64,000 bases of DNA, taken from contig JAUZTB010000068.1 of the NCBI GenBank assembly GCA_034780895.1, positions 24,162,697-24,226,696 of the forward strand, in the 5' to 3' direction. Every line of letters starts with the position of its first letter. Position 1 is the first letter of the stretch. Positions 35,861 through 46,900 of this stretch are shown here, one piece after another. The position numbers and the translations under genes were made by a program. The DNA is from Rhynchobatus australiae (Eukaryota). Under the pieces are notes generated by a model. The model had not been told where the DNA came from. It did no database searches and saw only the letters and a list, made by a program, of their open reading frames with translations.

Positions 35861-38800
35861 TTATTTCAGCAGCTAGCTTTACAACCAAGTATTTTTTTGC
35901 CAATAAAATTATTTATCCATTTGAGAAGCTTGTGGTGAGTGAAGTCTTTTAACTTAACTGACTGTAATTACTCACACTGNNNNNNNNNNNNNNNNNNNNN
36001 NNNNNNNNNNNNNNNNNNNNNNNNNNNNNNNNNNNNNNNNNNNNNNNNNNNNNNNNNNNNNNNNNNNNNNNNNNNNNNNNNNNNNNNNNNNNNNNNNNNN
36101 NNNNNNNNNNNNNNNNNNNNNNNNNNNNNNNNNNNNNNNNNNNNNNNNNNNNNNNNNNNNNNNNNNNNNNNNNNNNNNNNNNNCATTTAAAGTGAAAAAC
36201 ACTGAGCTCAGCTATATAATTGCAATGTCGGTGGCATGTTCTGAGTTATTGGACGTTGCACTGCTGTGGATATCATTCGGGCAAGTGTGTTGATGAAAAA
36301 CTGTATGTGAACACCAAAATCTTATCCAAAAAAGAGTAGATGATGTTAGCAATTGGTGGTAAAACCAATTTGTTTCACATAACATAATATGATTTATCAA
36401 CTCTGTTTTTGGCATTCTGCAAATAAATTTTGAGTCAATTAGAGTGAACACATTTTCTGACTTACCGTGTACTATGCCAAGGGAGATGGGTTGATCCAAA
36501 ATTAAGAATATTCATGAAATAAAATGACCACATGGCCTCATGAAAAAGAAAAAAATATGAATAGAAAGTGTATTTTTCAAGTAAAAAAAGCCTTAGAATT
36601 CATTCTGCTATATTAGGTGTTAAGTATCATTAACACTTTGTCTGTGTTTGTGAGGAATATGACATAATTTTTCAGTTTGAGTTCTAAATGTTCATGATAC
36701 ACATTGTATTTCAGAGCCAACTAAGAAACTAATTTGATTCAGCTGCTAAGAATTTCAGGTACGATCTTCACATACTCTCTTGTGCAATAAACATGTTTTT
36801 GTACAAGGAACTAGGATTATTTATTTTCAGATAAAAATATATTTGGTGCTGAATAGATATGATCAGATAATGGCTGAAACGTAATAGGTGACAACACAAT
36901 ATGAGATGGTATGACAAGACAAGTCATCTACTTGGCAGGGCTTTTTAAATTGAGCCTGAATGGTCTAATGAAGTATATGTCTTCAAATTGAGCCTCTTTA
37001 CTTCATGTAACCATTCATGTATATTCTCATATTCCTTTCTCCTTCATACCTGGCCTTTCATCTATGCTATACAAAGTGCATTTTTCAAAAAAAAATTCCT
37101 CAGAACCGACTCTGCTGTATTGTTTTAAAAATAATTAACATTTTCCCTCTGTTTATGCTACTTAGTATCAACTGCTCCATGGTAGCAAGTTCCACATTCA
37201 TACTTTGTAAAAAGGTTTCTTCTGGAGTTGTTACTGACTATCTTATATTTATGACCCCTAGTTTTGGTTACAAGCTGCTCAACATCTACTCTGTCCAGTC
37301 TCACCATGTTTTAAAGTCCCAGTCTTCTCACAAAGAATGTTCCATCATTTTAAATGCTGTGCCACTTATGCAACACTGTGGGAGTACAATGTAGCTTAAT
37401 AGACTTTGGGAAAGCACACATGGGAATTTCCTGTCCCAGTTTGTCGCCTGCTCCTGCATTGCATATGGTTTCAGGATATGTGCATTGTGCTGCTGTGGAT
37501 TCAGTACTAGGATATTCTATTGTTTGGTGATGAACGTAGTGGATCTTCTTGTTTAAGACCAAAATATTGTTAACTGAAGTGAGTGGCTCTCTGTATGGGG
37601 ACCGACGTGATCAACTTTCTGAAAATCTGCCTGACGTGGTTTATAATCGAGATCTTGAATCAGAATTTGATTCTGTGTTTAATCTTTTGTAAATTTGTTA
37701 GTCTGATAAATGTAGTTCCCATAAATTCACAAGGTAAATATAAACAGCCAATTCTGTTTATTTATCCTCTGGCAATTTTAGATAACAAGTCTGCAGTTAT
37801 ACCTCTTCCTGACTTTTCCATCACCGCCTCCTCTCACCTTGTATTTTTACCTGCATTGTCACAATCTCTCCTGCTCCCAACCACAGACCTCGCCTTTTAT
37901 TTCCTAGCCCCCTCCCCTTCTCTGCATTTTTAATCTGTTTTCTCTCTAGTTATTCTCAGCTATCTACTAGAAATATTAGATCCATTTCCCATATTGTTGA
38001 GTAGGTGCTAATGCTGTAGTTGGAATGAAACAGTTTGGTTCGGGGCACAGTTGGTTTTGGACTACAGCTTCCGATGTCACATTTATTGACTGGACTTCAT
38101 TGAAGGTGTAATTTGTACTGGAGTGGACCAGGCAAGGAGAACAGAAGGATCAGCCACTTTCTACTCCTGACTGAGTTCTGTTTCATTAACTTACCGGGCT
38201 TTTCTGTCACTGAAGGTGGGATGTTCATGGAGCTCTCTTCTTTCATTACTCAAATGTCCACCACCAGTTTTGACTGAAGTTGGCAAGAANNNNNNNNNNN
38301 NNNNNNNNNNNNNNNNNNNNNNNNNNNNNNNNNNNNNNNNNNNNNNNNNNNNNNNNNNNNNNNNNNNNNNNNNNNNNNNNNNNNNNNNNATTTTTGACTG
38401 AATGTGGCAAGAAAGCTCAGCCCGTACAATGGGTGTAAGTAGCTTCAATCATTGGCATTCAAATTGAATTGGATAGGCATATGAGGGAAAAGAATTTAAG
38501 TTCAAGGGGAATGAGCAGGAAAAAGGGATTGAATAGGTTGCTGTACAGGGGTATAACATACATTAAATGGGCAAAATGTCTGTTCAATAAGAATTCTGTA
38601 ATTCCTTGGATTCAGAGCTTTCATTTTATTTTCCAGATTTCTCAATAACTCTTCAGGTTACTCAGTTTTAATCCTCTGAGAAACTGTTAGTGCAGTGAAA
38701 TATGTGCATTTTAAAATTATAAAGTTTGTTAGCTTATAACTGTTACTGTGGGAAAAGTAGCATGCAAAAGGAATTTGACTCTTTTTTTGAAGCAATTTGA

Positions 38801-39034
38801 TTCAGTTAGTACTAGTTTTCTTAATTGGTGGATTTCATCGGTGCTCTTTGTGTAATCTTTAGGTTAATCTGCCCTATTAATGCCACTCCGAATCCTATCG
38901 TGCTCCTGCTCAACCTTCACCATCTGACAAAGTGCTTCCTCATGGTGGATCACAGCAGGAGACTCCCATCCTCATGGAGTTGCCAGCAAGTCTAGAAACT
39001 GAGTGGGAGTTCCTCTGGTGATGAAAGGTCACAG

Positions 39035-39340
39035 AGTTGTACAGCACAGAAGCAGGACCTTCCACCCCCACTCCCTCTCACATCCCCATTTACCCTGATC
39101 CCATTTTATTCTCCCCACATTCCTATCAACTCACCCCGCATCCCAGATTTTACCACTCACCAACACACAATGGGCAATCCACAGAAACTCCATTAACCAA
39201 TGAAAATCCACATCTTTGAAATATGGGAAGAAACTGGAGCCCCCTAGGGAAAACCCATGTAGTCACAGAAGAGAATGTGATAACTCCAGACAGACAGCCC
39301 TGGAGACACCCAAAGTCACACCACTCGGGAGGAGCATGTC
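39035..39340 (-). mobile_element. HE1-like V-SINE
   Basis: tgggaagaaactggagcccc..ggaaaacccatgtagtcacag..gagaatgtg..aactcca is the reverse V-domain. Confidence 0.7.
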
Positions 39341-40071
39341 TCTGTTTTGCATTATTATTGATCACCACTTCTCCTTTGCTCCTTATTCCATTTCCTCCAA
39401 CTAGACCTTGTGCTCATTAACATCCACTCTTACTTTACATGAATGGATATGAACTTCTCGCCCTTGCTAATTCCCTTGAACTTAATGATTATTGTCAATA
39501 ATTCTACAATATTTCTTTTCATCTCTTAATAGTCAGCAAAATTCACAGTACACCATGTAAATTGTGATGACAGTGTTTATATTTGAATACATGTATTATT
39601 CCCAATTCTGTTTTCCTTCACTGCTGATTGTAACTTTCACTTGACTTTGTTTAACACAGCATTTGCTACTCAGTGATTCTGTCCAAGAATATAATTTAAA
39701 TCTAATCTGCATAACCAAAACATTTAATGAGTTTAAAGGAACTCAATCTTTCATTGTTTACAAACCATAGACTGCAAACTTTCCAGTATTCTTCAGCAAG
39801 CCTATAAATTCTTACATAAGCAGTTTGTTACCTTTTAAAAATTGTCTTTTCAATTAATATCTAAATTCTACGCTAGTTACTTTTAAGCAATTAACTGTGA
39901 AACCTAATTATAAATACAAATCATCAGCTTTCATCTCATGCCAAGAAACTGTACTTATTCCTGTCCTGAACTGTCAATGCACTTACAATCCAGTCTCTAC
40001 TATCAATGCCTGACTGATTTGGATGCATGCCAACCACATGCCTCCCTTCAAATGATATCCTAAATAAAGAA

Positions 40072-40395
40072 AAAAGAAAGACTTGCATTTATAAAGCACC
40101 CCAAGAACCTCTGTGTGCCAAAACTTTATGCAGCCAAAGAAATACTTTTGAAGTGTAGTCAATGTACTAATTCAATAAATGCAACAACCATTTTCTTCAC
40201 AAGTCCCACTGAGGGCAGGGTGATAATGATCAGCTAATTTGTTGTTTGGATATTGCCTGTGGGATAAACATTGGCCAGGACAGGGGGATAACTCTCCTGC
40301 TATTCTTCAAAATACCGTCAGGAATCTTTACCAACCACCTAAGAAAGTATCAAGGCCCCCAGTTTAACATTTTATCAGAAAAGTGGCACCAACTG
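40072..40395 (-). mobile_element. Deu-SINE (SacSINE1/AmnSINE-like) remnant
   Basis: gacttgcatttata..gcacc, tacttttgaagtgtagtca and gggataaacattggccaggaca..ggataactctcctgct.ttcttcaaaata are Deu-domain hallmarks. Confidence 0.75.
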
Positions 40396-40983
40396 ATTAT
40401 CAGCTTCTCTCTCTGATCAGAAGTAATGCTGCAGAATTGCATCCTTAGTGACAGACTGGAACATGCTCACTGCATATCAGGAGGAAAATGGTCATGAAGA
40501 ATTTANNNNNNNNNNNNNNNNNNNNNNNNNNNNNNNNNNNNNNNNNNNNNNNNNNNNNNNNNNNNNNNNNNNNNNNNNNNNNNNNNNNNNNNNNNNNNNN
40601 NNNNNNNNNNNNNNNNNNNNNNNNNNNNNNNNNNNNNNNNNNNNNNNNNNNNNNNNNNNNNNNNNNNNNNNNNNNNNNNNNNNNNNNNNNNNNNNNNNNN
40701 NNNNNNNNNNNNNNNNNNNNNNNNNNNNNNNNNNNNNNNNNNNNNNNNNNNNNNNNNNNNNNNNNNNNNNNNNNNNNNNNNNNNNNNNNNNNNNNNNNNN
40801 NNNNNNNNNNNNNNNNNNNNNNNNNNNNNNNNNNNNNNNNNNNNNNNNNNNNNNNNNNNNNNNNNNNNNNNNNNNNNNNNNNNNNNNNNNNNNNNNNNNN
40901 NNNNNNNNNNNNNNNNNNNNNNNNNNNNNNNNNNNNNNNNNNNNNNNNNNNNNNNNNNNNNNNNNNNNNNNNNNNNNNNNNNA

Positions 40984-41597
40984 AAGCCAAACTTCGAGAG
41001 CTCTGTAAACAATATGGGCTCCCGAGTTCAGGAACAAGAGTGTACTTCCAAAGGGTTCTCTGTCAAAGACTTGGAATTGATCCAAAATCTGTCATTGTTC
41101 AAAAACCCACTTCGCGTTCAAACAGCCACGGAGACTGTTGCAGTGTCGCTGGATGTCGAAGCCGTCGAGGCAAGGACACTCACATTCGATGGTTCACCGT
41201 CATCAGAAAGAAAGGAAGTCATACTGCAGCCATAACCAAAGCTATCCAGCTTACCAGAAAGGGCTGGACACCAACAATGTATTCTCGGATTTGTGGACAA
41301 CATTTCAGTTGTGGCCAGCTGTCTTTTGAGCCAAGTTCTCCTGACTACATTCCACATTTACACATGGACCCTGCAGCTAAAGTAGTAACATCACATCCCA
41401 CCTTCTGGTCCAAAGAGAGTTCTGAGGAAGCCATGGACTTGACCAATAAGGGTACCATTAAATCTATTCATGTTGCAGGGCCGTCTCATCTTGATTTTAC
41501 CAACCGATATCACAGAATTAATTCTTCAGCAAGGGCATTGCTTCAATCAACTCCCGAGCATCCTTGTATATCTGTAGCACAGGATACAGGAACCAAG
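40984..41597 (+). CDS. Partial exon encoding a SAP-like motif + THAP-type zinc finger (5' part lost in a gap)
   Basis: Stop-free frame of >200 codons: KLRELCKQYGLPSSGT (SAP-like); CCSVAGC...WTPTMYSRICGQHF...PSSPDYIPHL (THAP C2CH); donor AAG|GTATTG at 41597/8. Confidence 0.65.
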
Positions 41598-43040
41598 GTA
41601 TTGTCAGGTTGTTTTAATTTGTAGATGTTATTAATGCTGTTGTCAGTGGTAATAAGCCTACAGCACAAAATTGTATGAAATTTGAACCTAAATTGGACAG
41701 CTAAAAGGAATTCAATTGGAGAGTTATTATCATAGAAAGTGTTGTTCTGCAAGTGGGAATTAGATACATTGGAATAATGTTAACGTTGCCCTGTTGCCTC
41801 AACGATAGGCTGGGGAGTGAGGTAGTAGGAAGTCCGCTTGCTTATTTCAAAAATCTGGAGCTTGACAGTCTTCAACAGCATTTCCACTCCATCGGTTTAT
41901 GGAGATGGAGGTGGGTATCTGAGGGTGACCACCCAGACCTTAGGAGATGGGTCTATCACCAATAGATTGAGATTGTATTGTTCTATTTTAAGATTATTAT
42001 ATTTAATATCTGCAAGTGGGTTTCCAGAGCCTTGGGAAATTTGGCAGCTGAAGGGATGTGAGATGGGAATCCCAGAGGCAAGTGTCTTTCCGGCAATGCA
42101 TGTGGACGGGAATGGGAAGAAATGATTCAATCCATGTTGTGTGTGGACCAGTTTCACCACACAAGAATAAGCAAACCTTTCACCTTTCTAGTTTGGATTG
42201 ATTGTGCTCCCCCATGAATGAATTGGCTCCCCTGTGAATTGACATCTCCCCTGTCTGCCACAACCTCCCCATCACTGATATCTGACTGAAACTATCCCAT
42301 TCCCACGAAGGCAGCAAAACTCTCTGTAACCACAGCAACTCTTTCCCGATCACACTCTCCAAATGGACTGAACACCATCCAATGCTTTAATTGAGCCAAA
42401 CTCTTCTGCTATTGGACCAATGCTTCCAGCGATAGGATTGATCACCTACCCCATCTCACACTGCTCACTTTCAGACCAACTCTGCCAGCTCACCATCAGA
42501 TATCCTGAAAAAGACACCCCACCTGTGAATGCCATGACAGCCCTCTTTCAATCAGTATTTTATCTTATCTTCCTGCATTCAGACTGGTACCACTCCACAA
42601 TTAGATTGAGCACCTCCCTTACAATCAGATTGATTCCACCCTACCTCCTTTCCCTTTGCAATTAGATTGCCATTCCTCCCACTCATGATTGGATAGACCT
42701 CCTCCTTGAGTCAACTGTGTAATGTGCAACTGAATTTGCATATAAAACCTCAAACTCATTATGTTTTCATTCTTTTTCCCTTCCAGTGTTCAAAATACAC
42801 TAACTACTTCCACTTTAAATTATCTTCTTTCACTCTTTCCAAACTTTCTGACATACGACACATCACCTTGTTTTCTCCATATTTCAAGGAAGTCCCTCAC
42901 TTGCCAACCTTTGATTGGAGTTGGATCATTGAGTAATAAATTAACTTGTATTTACATAGCATTTTTAACTCCAGAAAAGAATCATTCCTTCAATGCAGAA
43001 GAAAGCAATGATGGTGTCTTTTTGTAGGCGAATTTAAAGT

Positions 43041-43254
43041 TTTCTAAAGCTTTACTGGGAACCCACAGCCATTGTGCAAGGATTTGTGCTTAAGATGACT
43101 ATTTGTGACATTTTACCCACTTGTGCACATTAAACTGTTCCATCATTTGCACAGCATATGTTATGATTGCAGTAGAAGTTCTCTGCAGTCCAATGACATT
43201 TCTAAGCACAAGTCCTTGCACAATGGCTGTGGATCCTCAGTGAAGCTTTGGAAA
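43041..43254. repeat. ~55-bp imperfect inverted repeat with a ~100-bp spacer (MITE-like or fold-back)
   Basis: tttctaaagctttactgggaacccacagccattgtgcaaggatttgtgctta versus the reverse complement of taagcacaagtccttgcacaatggctgtggatcctcagtgaagctttggaaa. Confidence 0.85.
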
Positions 43255-46119
43255 TCTCTTTTAGTGTGAAAATTGCTGTCCATCTGCTTCCAGCTTTTGA
43301 CATTTTCTACCTGAATAGTCAGAATCAAAACTTCCTCCTAATCACTAGGAAAAGCCTTGGGTTTTACCAATTGGAAAATCAACATTAGCTGTTGCCTGAG
43401 TCTTTTAAAAGCTAATGAAGTAGACTCCTGATAACCCAACATCCTCATCTGGAGGTGTATCTGTCCTTTCCTCTGTGTTTAGCCATTAATTGTGTTGGAG
43501 CTTGCCCCCATGGGAGCAATGTTGGAATTCCCTCACTACCAGTACTGGACCAAGTCAGGAAGATGACTCCTCACCATCCNNNNNNNNNNNNNNNNNNNNN
43601 NNNNNNNNNNNNNNNNNNNNNNNNNNNNNNNNNNNNNNNNNNNNNNNNNNNNNNNNNNNNNNNNNNNNNNNNNNNNNNNNNNNNNNNNNNNNNNNNNNNN
43701 NNNNNNNNNNNNNNNNNNNNNNNNNNNNNNNNNNNNNNNNNNNNNNNNNNNNNNNNNNNNNNNNNNNNNNNNNNNNNNNNNNNNNNNNNNNNNNNNNNNN
43801 NNNNNNNNNNNNNNNNNNNNNNNNNNNNNNNNNNNNNNNNNNNNNNNNNNNNNNNNNNNNNNNNNNNNNNNNNNNNNNNNNNNNNNNNNNNNNNNNNNNN
43901 NNNNNNNNNNNNNNNNNNNNNNNNNNNNNNNNNNNNNNNNNNNNNNNNNNNNNNNNNNNNNNNNNNNNNNNNNNNNNNNNNNNNNNNNNNNNNNNNNNNN
44001 NNNNNNNNNNNNNNNNNNNNNNNNNNNNNNNNNNNNNNNNNNNNNNNNNNNNNNNNNNNNNNNNNNNNNNNNNNNNNNNNNNNNNNNNNNNNNNNNNNNN
44101 NNNNNNNNNNNNNNNNNNNNNNNNNNNNNNNNNNNNNNNNNNNNNNNNNNNNNNNNNNNNNNNNNNNNNNNNNNNNNNNNNNNNNNNNNNNNNNNNNNNN
44201 NNNNNNNNNNNNNNNNNNNNNNNNNNNNNNNNNNNNNNNNNNNNNNNNNNNNNNNNNNNNNNNNNNNNNNNNNNNNNNNNNNNNNNNNNNNNNNNNNNNN
44301 NNNNNNNNNNNNNNNNNNNNNNNNNNNNNNNNNNNNNNNNNNNNNNNNNNNNNNNNNNNNNNNNNNNNNNNNNNNNNNNNNNNNNNNNNNNNNNNNNNNN
44401 NNNNNNNNNNNNNNNNNNNNNNNNNNNNNNNNNNNNNNNNNNNNNNNNNNGGGAAATATGATCCCTGACAGTGTCTGGGAAATACCAGGGGAAAGCAAAT
44501 AAAATGTGGGCTGGTCAAGAGCTATGCTGGTAGTACTGTAGTTACGGTCACCTGAGTTGCTCTCAAGTTCAGGAGTGACATCCTGTAGAAGTGAAGTGGG
44601 GAAAAATTCCATGGACATTGAGACTATAAGTAAACAAAATGGTTTACACCTCCAAGATGGCTGACTGCAGACTGTATATGAATAGTCATCTATTGTCTGC
44701 AGTCAGCCAGTTTCTACAAAACAATTAATCATTTTTCCAATTACACAGAATACATCAATGTAACAAAATCTTTAGTGTGCACATGATACAAACAAATTAA
44801 CTTATTACCAGAATAAGGAAATAGCTGAATGCAAATTGGAGGATGTTTAGAACCCAGAATCTAGTTTGAAGATTATTTTGGAATTCCCTTTAGGAGTAGT
44901 GTAATATTTTATTTGGAATCATTGTGGCAGGAAATATGCTGAAGATTGCAGCTTACAAGATTTTTTCCCTCTTGAGACTGTATGCAGCTGTATTTTGGAA
45001 CTTCATTCCTGTACTCCAAGTTTATTTGACAAGACAAAGTTTACAGTTTAATTAATGCATTTTTTTTCCAAAGCCCATCTTGCTTCTGTCCATTTTGACT
45101 CTTACTTCACCTACAACTTAAATTTTCTGAAAATTTTGTTAGATTTATAAAAGCACTTTTCATTTGAAGTGAATTTTGTCCCCAAGTCATAGTGGGACAT
45201 CAGTGCATGGGAAATGGAATATTTTCCATTGCAGGAAAGCAGGACATGAATTGAGCATTCTAGTCTCGCCTGGTTACTTCTGAGGGGTGGGGTNNNNNNN
45301 NNNNNNNNNNNNNNNNNNNNNNNNNNNNNNNNNNNNNNNNNNNNNNNNNNNNNNNNNNNNNNNNNNNNNNNNNNNNNNNNNNNNNNNNNNNNNCCTGGTT
45401 ACTGCTGAGGGGTGGGGTGGGCGGGGTTCGTTTCTCTCCACTCTATAGGTACTTCAGTTGCAACCTCAAATGAACTAATCAGTGGGCACGTACCAGTGAG
45501 TATTTTCCATTGCACTCAGGCTGACTGTTGTCCATCTGGTGATGGTAATCCTATGGAGGAGATTTTCAGGACTTTGAACTGTGGGATGTGACTGGATCAG
45601 ATTGGTGTGGGAGGTGGTGATAGGCTATTCGTTTATTACCATTATCCTTCCGAGTGCATGTTGCAACTTGAAGAGGTTGGTGAGAGGAAGAGGTTGGCGA
45701 AAGGCTGTTCTGCACCCTGCAAATGGTGCACACTGTAGCCATGGTGCACTGATGGTGAAGGGAATAGGGGTTTAGGTTGCTGGTGAAATGGTGTACTCTA
45801 TCTTGATATGTAGCAAAGTGAAATAGAGCCTTAGTATCATTAACTTATAACTTCATCTTGTGTCTAGATTTTACATTGGATTAATGCAAGACAGCTGGAG
45901 TTAATCCATTACAGACACAATTCCCCATAGCTGTAAGAGGAGCGGTCACAATTCAAGCCTCTGGTCTTTTGCAGATGGAATCCACATTACAGGATGCTGA
46001 AGTCATGCTGCTTATCTGGTCCGAAAGCTGTTTTCTGCTTATTCTTATTCATTAATTTGTCTTTGATTTCAGCAAACTTGTTTCCTAATATTGATTCTAT
46101 GTGCCACTGTCTAAGGCTG

Positions 46120-46900
46120 GAATGAGTGGCTCATAATCTCTGTTCTACAATTGAGCCATGGATAAGCTTAACTGACGATGCAGGCATTCCACTCAAACCT
46201 GCTTCCATTTAATGTAACCCCACTCAAGTCCTAGCTTGGCTTAAAATACTCATCCCTATTTTTATTACCTCTTAACTTGACCATTCCAGTACTCTATTGG
46301 CTGGCCTTGCATCTGGTAATTGGTTTATTAGTGTTACATGAGGTACAGTGAAAATCTTGATTGCATGTCATTCAGATAGATACTTCCAAGCACATCAACA
46401 TAGTACAAAAGGCAAACTATAACAGAATGCAGAATATAGTGTTACAGTTACAGAGAAAGTGGAGTGCAGGTAGACAAACAAGTTTAAAAGGGTCATGAGG
46501 TAGATTGCGAAAGAGTTCACCTTTATTTTATAAGAGGTCCATTTAAGAGTCTTACAACAGCAGGATGGAAGTTGTTCCACCCTACAGAAACCAGAGATCA
46601 TCTTGTTCACTTCTCAGCCCTATGAGACATTGACTCCTACTGCAGCAGTCCCTTAATTTAAAATTTTTCATTTTTTTTAAATCAATGCCACCATATCCTT
46701 TACGATCTCTACAACTTCCTCTAACCGTCCACCTCTCCAAGATCAACGTGCCCCTCCAAATCTGACCCTTTCCTGATTACATAGCCCCAATAATTATTAA
46801 AGATCCTAAGCTCCAGGATTTCCTCATTAAACCTCCCTCCCGTTTCCCATCCTTCCACCCAGATTTTGATCATCTGTCCCAAATGTTTCCATATGTGGCT
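46120..46900. mobile_element. Decayed L2-like fragment (+) interrupted by a Rex-type 3' tail (-, ~46315-46580)
   Basis: cttgaccattccagtactctattggctggcc; the insert ggtaattggtttattagtg...ggtacagtgaaaa resembles the inverted repeat tail at ~21490-21572. Confidence 0.45.

Noticed and set aside
36715-36758. 44-nt plus-strand segment with acceptor- and donor-like ends
   Set aside because: Stops in all three frames and no supporting context; at most a UTR exon.
43455-44618. Long ORFs in the track here and at 35939-36202 and 47069-47593
   Set aside because: Made almost entirely of N-gap X residues.
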